Shown: positions 43,713 to 54,234, counted from the stretch's first letter. The stretch: 64,000 bases of DNA from Alphaproteobacteria bacterium (GCA_964291215.2 OZ219791.1:3008001-3072000); one strand, 5' to 3'. Notes: a model not told the origin generated them from the sequence alone. Made by a program: numbers and translations.

Positions 43713-43907
43713 GTGAGCTATTTTGGATCGAAGGCGACGAGCGGGCTGTGCCAGCTGCTTCCGGGGCTCCAGCCTCCGCATGATCTGTATGTGGAAACGC
43801 ATCTCGGAGGCGGCGCGCTGATGAAGCGCAAGGCGGAGTACCGGAAGATGCCGCCGAGCGAGCGCCAGGCGATGCTCGCGACGATCATGACCGTCGAGGC
43901 CGGGTGA
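43713..43907 (+). pseudogene. Dam/D12-class adenine methyltransferase remnant inside IS66 copy 2
   Basis: VSYFGSKATSGLCQLLPGLQPPHDLYVETHLGGGALMKRK resembles Dam motifs X-I (YxGxK..ExFxGxG); joined directly to a C-terminal helix; no DPPY. Confidence 0.65.
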
Positions 43908-44923
43908 TGGCGACGGGCGGCGCGCGAGGAGTTCGAAGCGGCCAAGGCGCTGCGTGCGGCCGGCAAGGTGCCGAAAGAGGCCGTGATCCGCGTCTTCGTC
44001 ATCCTGCTCGACATCCTCATCGTCGTCCTTCTGGAGAAGACTACGCACGAGCCGGAACTCCGGTCTGCCGCCGTCACAGACGGACAAGAGCGTGCCGGGA
44101 GCAACGGCCCGAAGCCGAACCGGCAGATGGGCGACAACCTGCGCAAGACCATCGTCGAGGAGACGGTCGCGGCCTGCGACGCCTGCGGCGCTGACATCGA
44201 CGGCCCCGTCGATCGGGAGCGCCGCACGACATCGTGTTCGAGGTCGTCGAGCGCCGCGCCGAGGAATGCCCGAAGTGCAAGGCCCGGGGCCGGTTCCCCG
44301 ACAACATCCCGTGCAGTACGGTATCGGCATCCAGGCCCTCGTCATCAACCTGTTGGTCGCCCAGATGCTGTCCCTGCGCCGTGCCGTCGCGCTCGTGCAG
44401 GCGATCTCCCGCATCAAGCTCTCCGAGGCCTCGGCTATGCTTTCACGATGCGTCATGGGAGGAGGCCGCCGTGGCGCACCTCCTGCAACGCCCGATGTCG
44501 ACGATTTCGGATCAACAGTAAGTGGCTTCATGTCGTGGGACCCTGACGTGCAAGTTCCCGCACCGCAAGCGCGGCCGGGAGGCAAGAGATCGGCATCATC
44601 CCGCGCTACAAGGGCGTCCTGGTCCACGACTGCTGGGCCTCGTACATGGGCCAGTGTAGCCACCAGCTGTGCGGCAGCCACCTGCTGCGCGAATTGACCT
44701 TTGTCGTCGAGGCTACCGCGCGACTGATGAAGAGCCTGCTCCCTGCCACAAGATCAACAAGAGCGCATCCAAGACCCTGAACGACGCCGGGCGCTACCGC
44801 ACCATCAGGGCGCCAAGGAACTGCCCGACATCCCGACGAAAGGAAAACGTGGACGCAAGTCCGACGCGCACAACCTGCACGAACGTCTCGTGAAACACGA
44901 GAACCTGCGCTTCACAGACGACC

Positions 44924-46448
44924 ATCGCGGTAGGGAACCGGGTTACCCCCCGCACAGAACCGGACGTGCGCTGTTCGCTCCTCCCCTGACGACAAGGCGC
45001 TGGTTTGGCCACGGATGCTGGCTCAGTGGGCAGCGGCGAGGGTGTCTATGTCCTCGGTGAAGTCCTTTTGGGAGCGTCGCCGAAGGGCACGCAGCTGTTT
45101 GCATTGGTGTATGAACTTCTGCAGGCTGCTTCCTGGAACGGCGTAGTAGCAGCCGTTGATAACTCACCACTTGGCCGTTTCGTGCCGGTTATCGTGCCAC
45201 CGCCTGCGTAAGGCCTCCTTGATCCGCCGCAGGGTGCCCGTTTGCGACCGACCCTGAACCTGCCTTTCCTCGTCTGTTCGCAGAAGTGCGTCATGCCGAG
45301 GAAGTCGAACGTCTTGCCCTGTCCACGTTTCCGGCGGTTCGCTCTGGCAAACCGACCGAACTCGATGATTTTCCGGGTGCAGTTCAAGTGGGCCAGTCTC
45401 TCCCCAAGGTCTCAGCGCCGCCCAGATGCTGAAAGCCGCACACGAAGTCGTCCGCATAGCGGACAATGATCGTGTCAGCCATCCGCTTGCGCCAGTGGTT
45501 CTGGAACCAGTCGTACGTAGTGCAGGTTCGCAAGGCATGGCGCCGCCCCTTGCGGTGTTCCCTTGCCAGTCGGTCCCTTCCATGACGCCGGCGTCACTTG
45601 ATGATCAGACCCCCCGATCCGTTTCCCGAGCATCGCGACCAGATGGTCGCGGTTGTCGAAGGGGCGTCAACGATCCAGTTGACCTTCCGCCGTTCCACCG
45701 TGACGGCGCATGATGCGCCCCGGCCGGAACCGAGGAACTCCGTTTCGCGGCACCAGAATCACACCGCCCGCTGAAGAATCTTGTCCGAGGCAAGTTGCCC
45801 TCCATCCTCCTTGGGTATGTAAACCCTGGAGGCGCCCGGTACGCACCCCTGTGCACACGGGCGTGCAGGCAGTTCCACACCCTCCGCGTACGCTTGCCAC
45901 ACAACGCCCCGCCGCCGCGTCCTTCCTCAAGGAATGGAACGCATCGTGCAGAACGTCGACCATCACGTGGTGGAGTAAAGACGCTCTTCCGGGTTCCTCT
46001 TCGCTACCTGCGTTCAGCCGCCTGTGACCCCCGCTTCTGCGCGCGGCGCGGGCCAACCGCATTGCCCTTCCCTCCAGCAACTCCGCAGGCTCCGAAGAAC
46101 CCTTGTTCGCCGCCTTCAACGGTACTATGGCCGGATCTGACTTCTCGTTCATCATCGGTTTATGGAATAGTTCCTTTCCTCTGCGGCCCCTCCACGACAG
46201 AGGGGCGATTGAAAGACCTCCCAGGTCCCTGCTTCGGCCATGGTTCTCGGACCCCGCGGAGCCCCCCTCACCAACGCGGCTCGTTGCCTTCGGCCACGAC
46301 CTCGGCACTCCGGTTTCAAAGCATCTCGTGGCTCAATAGCCTGGCCTGCCGCTCCCCAACGCTTCGCCTGGCGACGCATGGTTCACGGAGAAATTAGCCT
46401 CTCTCGGGACTTGCACCCGGCCACATTCCACCAGTTTGCCTGGCGCAC
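44924..46448 (-). mobile_element. Group II intron with degraded RT ORF, copy 2
   Basis: GTGCG at 46448 (reverse), ..CCCTACCGCGAT ending 44924; IIVRYADDFVCGF; same insertion site as copy 1. Confidence 0.9.
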
Positions 46449-46545
46449 CCGATGTCAGCTTCACCAACAATGCCGGAGAACAGAAGATCAGGATGGCAAA
46501 GGTCAAGGTGTCCGGATGCTTCCGCACCATGCTCCACGCGGCATG

Positions 46546-47837
46546 GGGTACTGTAACTTGATGTCTGGAAATTTGTCTGAGGTTTGCGCTTTGAGGCGTT
46601 TCACTGGGGGGCTAGCCCCCCAGTGAAACGCGGCGCCATCGTGCTATCCCATGGAGTTGAAAAACCTTCATGGAGGAAGCGAATGGAGCTGCGACACACT
46701 ACGACGATTGAGGCCGTTTTGGAACATCTGATCGCAAACGGAGCAACGGATCTGGGGCGGGTCTTTGGTCAGCTCTTCGAGCTTGCGATGCAAATCGAGC
46801 GCGAGCAGTACTTGAAAGCGGGCCACTACGAACGGACACTGGAGCGACAGGGCTATGCCAACGGCTATAAGCCCAAACGGATCGACACCCCCGTCGGGAC
46901 TGTTGCCATTCAGGTGCCAAAGACGGCCGGTCACGGGGACGATCCGTTCTATCCCCAGTCGCTTGAACGCGGCCAGCGATCTTCTCGCGCCGTGGCCGTA
47001 GCCGAGATGTACATCAAGGGTGTTTCCACGCGGCAGGATGTAATGCGCGAGTTCGGGAGCCTGTCCTCTTCTCAGGTCAGCCGGGCCACCGAGTTGCTCG
47101 ATGAAGAACTCGCCGCGCAACCGGCCCCTGATGAAATACCTGATCCTGGATGCGCGCTACGAAAAAGCCCGCCATGACGGCGTTGTGCGCGATGTCGCGG
47201 TACTCTCGGCCATTGGAATAGGGGCTGCAGGCACGTTCTGGGGCTCTCTGTGGCGCTCTCCGAGGCCGAGGTCCATTGGAGAGCCTTCCTGGAAAGCTTG
47301 CTAGCCCTGCATGGTACGACCTTCATCGTCTCGGATGACCATGCCGGGTTGAAAGCAGCACGACGCGCGGTGCTGGGCGCGGCGACATGGCAGCGCTGCC
47401 AGTTCCACCTAGCGCAAAACGCCGTGCAGCACGCACCAAACAACGACATCAGGAAACGTATTGGAAAACAGCTCGGAGCCATGCGTCCTCACTCCAAACC
47501 GCCGAGGCTGAACTGGGCGCCCTCGTGGCCAGCTATCGCGACAAGCATCCAAGCTTCGCAGACTGGCTGGAAAAGAATGCGGGGCTCGCTGTCTTCACCT
47601 TGCCCGATGCTCACCGCAAGCGCATGCGAACCTCGAACGGCATCGAGCGACCGATCCAGCAAGAGCTCAAGCGGCGCACCTCCAAAGTCAGGGTCTTTCC
47701 GAACCTCGCCTCGTTGGAGCGCCTCTCAACCGCGGTCCTCATCGACGAAAAATGGGAAACCGAAACCAAGATCAAATGGGAACAGCTCGATGACTGAGAG
47801 CTTCACGACAATTTCCAGACATCAGGTTGCGTAATCC
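46546..47837 (+). mobile_element. IS256-family element, degraded
   Basis: TIR core TGATGTCTGGAAATT at both ends; GYANGYK, EMYIKGVSTR, YLILDARYEK, SDDHAGL, WQRCQFHLAQN, RTSNGIER..ELKRR; multiple frameshifts. Confidence 0.88.
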
Positions 47838-48589
47838 GCCTCTGCCGCAATCCCCTGCTGGCCAAGGATCGGAAGCGCCAGGAACTGCTCGAGGCCACCG
47901 AGGCTCGCACCGATTGCCGCAGCGACGCGACAAGCGTCGCCTCAAGGGTGCCGGGAAGATCGGGGAGCGGAAGGTCATCGGCAGGATGGCGAAGCACTTC
48001 ACGTGGTCCATCGACGACGACGGTGTCTTCACCTATGGGCGTGATGAGGCTGCCATCGCCGCCGAGGCTCCTCTACGTGATCCGCCTGCCGCAGAGCGCA
48101 CTCGACGGCACGGTGCGCGCCTACAAGCGGTTGAGTTCGGTGGAACGGGCCTTCCGCAGCCTCAAGGACCTGAAGGTCCGTCCCGTCTACCCGAACCCCG
48201 AGTCCGCGTCTTCCTGTGCATGCTCGCCTACTACATGGCACATGCGACTGAAGCCCATGCTGTTCGACGACGAGGATGCCGAAGGCGGCCGTCCGTCGTG
48301 GCGCCGGCAGAAGTCTCGGCGAGCGCCCGGGCCAAGGCGACAACGAAGAGGACGCCCGGAGGGGGCACAGCTTCCGCACCCTCATCGGCGATCTTGCCAC
48401 CCGCAACACCGTGGCGCCCCGCCTTGCGGGCGCCGAACCCTTCCAGGTCACCACACGGCCCACGCCGCTCCAGAGAAGGGCATTCAAGCTCCTGGGCGTG
48501 AAGCCATGGTGTGCCGAGACCGCTGAAATGTATCGAATGTCATTTCTATCAGATACTTAGGTCTGATCGGCTCTGGAACTTCGGCCTAG
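47838..48589 (+). pseudogene. IS1634-family transposase C-terminal remnant and right end
   Basis: CRNPLLA, MAKHF, YKRLSSVERAFRSLK, RPVY, VFLCMLAYY, HSFRTL, RPTPLQRRAFKLLGV; ends GGAACTTCGGCCTAG. Confidence 0.8.
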
Positions 48590-48693
48590 TGTACCCTGGG
48601 CGTGAAGCCCTGGTGTACCCAGATCGCTGAAATTTATTGAATGTGATTTCTATCAGGCACTTACGTCTGATCGGCTCTGGAACTTCGGCTTAG
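48491..48693 (+). repeat. Diverged direct duplication (2 x 99 bp) of the IS1634 right end
   Basis: 48491-48589 and 48595-48693, both CCTGGGCGTGAAGCC..GGAACTTCGGCYTAG, with scattered substitutions. Confidence 0.9.
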
Positions 48694-48900
48694 CGCCGTC
48701 ATCGAGGCGGGCGGCGATACTGATACGAACGGCGCGATCACCGGCGCGATTCTGGGCACGCGTCATGGCCTCCCAGGATCCCGGAGCGATAGCATCGCAG
48801 CGCTGCCCGGATCCGGCTCGGCCGGATCGTGATGGAGATCTATGCCGACCAAATGCTCGCACGTGCCGCGGCGAGCGATACAGCAGCGGCAGCGGTCTGA
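48694..48900 (+). pseudogene. ADP-ribosylglycohydrolase C-terminal remnant
   Basis: AVIEAGGDTDTNGAITGAILGTRHG begins right after the IS end; no 5' part seen. Confidence 0.65.
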
Positions 48901-49182
48901 CGAACGCCCCGCCCGAAGGCCGCAGCTTGCCTGGCCGATTGCACACTGGCGGCGGCGTCATCTCCGATTGATCGGTGCCCCTGTGGTCACGCTTCCTCCC
49001 TTTGTTCCCACTCACATCCGCGGCGGAGGCATCGGGTCAAGCTGCGTTTTCCATGGCTGGGCCCTTCGTATCGTTGCGCCGGGTAACGCCGCTTCGTTCG
49101 ATCCTGTGGGTGACCGTGAAGATGCTTGCTGTGTGGAGAACCGGGGATCGAGGCTGCTCGACGAACGATCGACTCGCCATGC

Positions 49183-49210
49183 AAAAAAGGGGGCCCGAAA
49201 GCCCCCTTCT
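49183..49210 (-). terminator. Rho-independent terminator
   Basis: Minus strand AAGGGGGC-TTTCGG-GCCCCCTTTTTT, about 20 nt after the PuuD-like stop. Confidence 0.8.
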
Positions 49211-49230
49211 TGATCGTTCTGTTTGTTCGC

Positions 49231-49836
49231 TCAGAACAGATTCTGTGCCGATACCATGGCGTAGAGCATCGGGATCGAGAGCATCGTGTTGGTGCGAGAG
49301 AACAGCATTGCAGTGCGCCCGGCCTTCGCCTTTTCATCGGCTTCGACCTGAACGATTCCGAGCGCTTTTTTCTGGTTCGGCCAGATCACGAACCAGACGT
49401 TAAACCACATGATCGTCCCCAGCCACATTCCGATGCCGATCATCGAGTGCTTGTCGACGCCGTCCATCAGGCCGATCAGGATTGCCTCGCCGAGATAGCC
49501 GTTCAGCCAGGCAAGAATCAGCCCGGTAACGATTGTGGACATTGCGCCCCAGCGGAACCAGAACAACGCTGCCGGCGCGATCACGCCAGTAACGGCAGGT
49601 TTCTGCTCGTCGGGGATCTTGCCCATGTTCGGGATCTGGACAAAGTTGAAATACCAGAGGAGGCCGATCCACATCACGCCACTGAGGACATGAAGCCATC
49701 TGAAAAGAAAAGCCCACCAGGAGGTATCAAGCGCGAGACCGGCACCATGCCAGATCACGACAATGACGACCAAAACTACCGCGAGCACGAAACCCGCAAT
49801 CACGGTGTTGGTCAGGTCGGAGAGAATTTTGGCCAT
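49231..49836 (-). CDS. PuuD-like membrane protein (Urate_ox_N domain, no cytochrome c domain)
   Basis: RWLHVLSGVMWIGLLWYFNF, FWFRWGA, MWFNVWFVIWPNQKK, SRTNTMLSIPML. Confidence 0.8.
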   Translation of the reverse strand: MAKILSDLTNTVIAGFVLAVVLVVIVVIWHGAGLALDTSWWAFLFRWLHVLSGVMWIGLLWYFNFVQIPNMGKIPDEQKPAVTGVIAPAALFWFRWGAMSTIVTGLILAWLNGYLGEAILIGLMDGVDKHSMIGIGMWLGTIMWFNVWFVIWPNQKKALGIVQVEADEKAKAGRTAMLFSRTNTMLSIPMLYAMVSAQNLF

Positions 49837-50570
49837 CGTCAAATTCCTTTCATTGACCTCACTTTGCTACACATAAGCATAATGATCTCCGGCTGCTTCT
49901 TCAATGCCGATGCGAATCGTCTCCTGCTTTTGGGAACCCCACCGATCCGGCAAACGGAGAGTTCGCCGCGGATTCATCGTCGCTGCTCGGACCGGGGGCG
50001 CTCGGCAGGGTTTCTGTTGGCGTCAACTTGCCACAACTCAATCTGCGCGCACGATCCACGATCCAATCGGCGTTGCGAGGCGACAGTTTTCTCATGAAAT
50101 CACCAAGGTAACGCATGGTGCCCGAAGACCTTGGCTGGTTGAGTTGCTGAAGTCTCCTGTCAACGAGGCCCTGGCCGGGTTCAACTCCGCAAAAACTGGC
50201 ACCGAAAGTGCCGATCTGTGAAAACGACGGCATGAAACCGTTGCCTAAGGACCGAATGACGCCATGATTGATGATTGGCAGGACACCTGTCGGAGCCTGA
50301 TCGTCGCGGTTGTCATTCGGGCTCTGTTCAGTCGATGTCGCCGATGTTTGCGGCCAGGATTGTCTTGCGGGGCGGTCGTTGTCGGTCATACATCAGGCTG
50401 CTTGGCGTGGGAAATACCGTCCCAACCTCTTGGTTCGCGCCGAAAACCGCCTGTTTGTACTTGGGTGTTGGCCGAAAGTGGAACAGATGCGCATTGTGAA
50501 GGGTTGCTGATGCATTCGCAAATGAGTGGCCCGCCGTGCGGGAACATGATCTGCAGTAGGGAATCCTGAC

Positions 50571-51407
50571 ATGCGGGATGGCAGGGACTATTGCATGCAG
50601 CGGGTGCGGACCTACGACTACGACCGCTACTTTGCGAGCATATTCGCGCCGCGCGATGTGCGTTCCGACCTGATGGCCCTGTATGCCTTCAATCTGGAAA
50701 TCGCGTCGACGAACGAGTTGGTAAGCGAGGCACTGCTTGGCCAAATCAGGCTGGAATGGTGGCGCGATGCGGTAGCTGCCATCTACGGGGGGCGGACGAT
50801 TCAGCATGTTGTTGTTGCGGAGTTGAACGAGGTCGTGCGGAGGCACGATCTGCCGTTGGCGGAAATGGATGGGCTGATTGCCGCAAGATCGCGGGACTTC
50901 GATGAGTTTCCCATGGAGACGGTTGCCGCGGTCGAAGACTATGCGCGCCACTCTGCGGGGATGCTGGCCGGGCTCGCCTATCGCATATGCTGCGGCAGCG
51001 TTCCACCACCTGAGATCCGGGCGGCCGGCACGGCTTGGGGCCTTGCCGGCCTCTTGCGGGCGGCTTCTTTCAATGCTGTCGCCACTAACTCCGAAAGGCC
51101 GGGAAGCCTGGTGCAGGGCATTGATCCCGCCGGACGGAACACGAACTCCACGACGTTCGGAAGCTTCGCCGACGGTCTGGCCGATGAGATGGCGGAGCGG
51201 GCGCGCCAGACCTTGGCCGTTGCTCGAGACCAGCTGGCAGGGATGGCGCGACCTTCCCGGGCGACAATCGGATACTTGCCCGTGGCCTGGCAATACCTGG
51301 CGCGCCTCGAACGGGCGGGAAACAATATCCTTGCCCCCAATCTGGAACCCAGCCGTACGGCAAGGCAGTTCGGCATGCTGAAGGCCATCGTTATTGGCAG
51401 GCTCTGA
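50571..51407 (+). CDS. Squalene/phytoene synthase family protein (NDUFAF6-like)
   Basis: DYDRYFA, ALYAFNLEI, GQIRLEWWRD; usual neighbour of secF/trmFO. Confidence 0.85.
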   Translation: MRDGRDYCMQRVRTYDYDRYFASIFAPRDVRSDLMALYAFNLEIASTNELVSEALLGQIRLEWWRDAVAAIYGGRTIQHVVVAELNEVVRRHDLPLAEMDGLIAARSRDFDEFPMETVAAVEDYARHSAGMLAGLAYRICCGSVPPPEIRAAGTAWGLAGLLRAASFNAVATNSERPGSLVQGIDPAGRNTNSTTFGSFADGLADEMAERARQTLAVARDQLAGMARPSRATIGYLPVAWQYLARLERAGNNILAPNLEPSRTARQFGMLKAIVIGRL

Positions 51408-51759
51408 CGCATCTGTCGGCATCTGGGCCATGGCGGGCCGGCGCCCTGCCCAGGGATCTGTCCGTTTCGGCATGATGAGCCTTGGATTCTGCCCGGCCTT
51501 CGGCAGCTCCCACCGGATCGATGCGAAGCGACGAACTTCGCCATGCCGCGTTCCGTGAAACAGTCCACTCGCGGACTCCGGACCAGCGCTCGCCCCGGGA
51601 TCGTCGGTGCGTGGGCACTCCGGCCAGGCAGAACTCGATACCGCTGAAAATCCCCAAGAGCGGTGAACTCCGCTCTGCCGACAAATCCGATGGCGCCGGA
51701 GATAGGCGATGCGCCCCGTATATTCCAGTGGCGGGCAGGCTACCGGTCTGGACCGGCCC

Positions 51760-52824
51760 TTATCGTGGCACGGGCTCGACGACCATGCGTTCATCGACCA
51801 GGTGTCCGTTCTCGATGACCGTATCGTTGTCGAGCATGACCGTGCAGTCGCGCATCGGCATGTCGTAATGGCCGTTGGTGGTGCGGGTGCCGCCGCCCTG
51901 GCTGTTGGGTCCCGTGGAGAAAAGGAAGTTCCCGGCAAAGGTGCGGGCTGAGGCATAGGTGCGGTCGGGATCATTGCCGTAAAGGGCAATCGCATCCCAG
52001 CGGGCCTGCGGATTGAGGCCCCAGCCGAGGTGTGACAGGTAGTGGCCGTCGAGATCGTCGGGATATGCCTTGTTGTCCTCGAGCCAATGCTCCATAAGCC
52101 GGGCATCCATCCCGCCTGAGATACTCGTTATATGGCCGTTTGCCACTTCGAGACGGATCGTGTCCTGCACATAGCGGTTATATGGCAGGACCACCATGTC
52201 GCCGGGCTGGATGACGACAATGCCGCCTGCCGAACCCTCGTTGGGAAAGGTGTGCACATGACCGCCGCCCCAGTGGTCGAAACGCCCCGGCGCGTCGGCG
52301 AATCCGTACTGGATCATGGTCGGGTATTCGCCACAATCATAGGTCAGGTCCGTGCCGGCCGGACTGATAACTCTCACCGTGTTCGTTGCTTCAAGCCGCT
52401 TTCCCGCGTGGATCACCGCCTCGCGCAGTCCCGGCGGCGCCATCAGCTGCTCAAGATCGTCGGGTGCGTCGACGACCAGCAACACCCGCGTGCCGTCAGC
52501 ACGAACGGTCTTCATCCACTTCGTGAAGAGGGGAATGTGGAGGCAAACCAGCATGTCGGCAGCGCACAGTGCTTCCAGCGTTCCCTTGCAGGCACCGATG
52601 GTCTCGACGCCGACCTTGGTCCAGGATGGCGTTGCGTTGACGCACAACTCGTAGGCGTCGGCACCGAGCTCTGACGCGGCGGCGAAGGAAGCCTGAACGT
52701 ATTCGCGGCGTGTATTGAGGTCGGAAAGAAGCGCGACGGTTTCCCCTTCCGCCACGTTGCAGAGCTCGAATTCCCTGCGAAACAGCGTTGCGAGCTTGGC
52801 CGGGTTGATTTCCTGGCTGCGCAT
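51760..52824 (-). CDS. NicX-like 2,5-dihydroxypyridine dioxygenase / M29-fold metalloprotein
   Basis: GFADAPGRFDHW, SHLGWGLNP, FAGNFLFSTG, HYDMPMR; AAGGAGG RBS. Substrate uncertain. Confidence 0.7.
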   Translation of the reverse strand: MRSQEINPAKLATLFRREFELCNVAEGETVALLSDLNTRREYVQASFAAASELGADAYELCVNATPSWTKVGVETIGACKGTLEALCAADMLVCLHIPLFTKWMKTVRADGTRVLLVVDAPDDLEQLMAPPGLREAVIHAGKRLEATNTVRVISPAGTDLTYDCGEYPTMIQYGFADAPGRFDHWGGGHVHTFPNEGSAGGIVVIQPGDMVVLPYNRYVQDTIRLEVANGHITSISGGMDARLMEHWLEDNKAYPDDLDGHYLSHLGWGLNPQARWDAIALYGNDPDRTYASARTFAGNFLFSTGPNSQGGGTRTTNGHYDMPMRDCTVMLDNDTVIENGHLVDERMVVEPVPR

Positions 52825-53007
52825 CGGCACCTCCTTCGCGGATTGTCCCGCCGTCGCGGCTGACGCGTTCCGGCCGCCGTCCGGCGGTTTGCGGATTATC
52901 CTGCCGCCGGTTGCGGAGTGTCAAGATCGCGAGCATGGACGCTCGACCCGTCACCGATCGCCGTGGGCCAGCTTTGCGCCGGTGCCCAGTGTTTCAGCGG
53001 CGCCTCA

Positions 53008-54234
53008 GGACTCTCGCCAAAATAATATGTTCGTTATGTCCGTGGCGTGAGGGTGTAGTTCCACTCGCCGTGGAACGGGTCTCTGCGGATGGCGAGGCCG
53101 TCCATCTCATCGTCGCTGACCTTGACCCCGAGCGGATAGCTGTTCTCGTCGAGGTCCGAGCGTATGGTGAGGCCGGTGGTGGTCGCGGCGATCAGCTTGA
53201 CGATCACCTGGTAGCTGACGAGGGGCCGGCCGCGCCAGTTCTGGGTGATATGGCAGAACATCCGGTGCTCGATCTTGTTCCACTTTCCGGGCGGGAAGTG
53301 GGCTACCGACACCTTCAACCCGAGTTCGTCGGCGAGGTGCTGCAGTTCCAGCTTCCACAGCCGGTTGCGGCTGTTGTTGGAGCCACCGCCGTCGGCGGTG
53401 ATCAGCAGGCGCTTGGCATCGGGATAGAGCAGCCGGCCCATCTGCCGCCACCAGCGGCGCAGGGTCTCAACCGCGAACGCCGCCGTGTCGTGTCCGACGC
53501 TGACCCAGCCGGCGTTGGCGGTGAGATCGTAGACCCCGTAGGGGATCCGAGCTCTGGATCGGGGAAGTCATGCGCGTTGACGGCTTCAGGGTCGCCCTTG
53601 GGGCGCCATTCCCGGCCGCCATTGCGGTACTGGATTTCCTTCTTCTTCGTGTCACCACAGGCTGGCCCAGCCTCTGGAACGCGCGCACCCGGCGCGTCGG
53701 AACTGCGCATCCCGGGCTGGCGGCCTTCCAGCGTCTTGCGATTGGCCTGGAGGCTGTACCCCAGATCGTGGAGCAGCCGGTTCACCGTGCGCTCGCTGAC
53801 GCGGTGGCCCTCGACCGCAAGACGGTCCGCCAGCCGTGCGGCACTGTGACACCGCAGCGGACTCTCCGGATCGCCGCGCGTCATCGGTTCAAGCTCGCGC
53901 TCCAGCGCCGCCACCAAACCCGGATCCACATCCGCCACCCGCTTGCGCCCGCCGCCGGGGCGACGCAAACGTCCTGAAGGAATCTCACTCGAAGACTCCG
54001 AATCAAGCTCCTTCAGCCCGGCGCGAACGGTGCCGCGCGACATCCCCGTCGCCTCAGCCACTCGCCTCCGCGCCCGATGGCACGGGCCTCCGTCGCCGCC
54101 CACAGGCGCCGCGCACGTTCGTTCAGAACCGGACGCAACACCACAAATTTGGATCGCAGCGTATCGACTATCGCTTCCATGACACATTAGATAGCAGATC
54201 CACATCAAAAAACAATCTATTTTGGCGAGAATCC
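53008..54234 (-). mobile_element. ISAzo13-family element, degraded transposase
   Basis: TIRs GGACTCTCGCCAAAATA / GGATTCTCGCCAAAATA; 3-bp TSD TCA; motifs RRPGGGRK, GDPESPL, GYSLQAN, LLITADGGGSN, KWNKIEHRMF, HGEWNY. Confidence 0.9.

Larger units (their letters stand above)
43589..46545 (+). mobile_element. IS66-family element copy 2 (inverted relative to copy 1; right end lost at the IS256 junction)
   Basis: Starts GTAACTGCTCACCCC; near-identical reverse complement of ~33250-36161; TTGACA at 43656. Confidence 0.85.

Noticed and set aside
33344-46448. Duplicated RT-containing sequence as a DGR (TR/VR) or retron
   Set aside because: The ends and RT motifs are group II intron type, and the copy differences are indels and mixed substitutions, not adenine-specific.
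49850-50570. Long intergenic region as an ncRNA or small gene (also 25775-26140)
   Set aside because: No recognisable RNA family, RBS-led ORF or repeat by eye; would need an Rfam scan.
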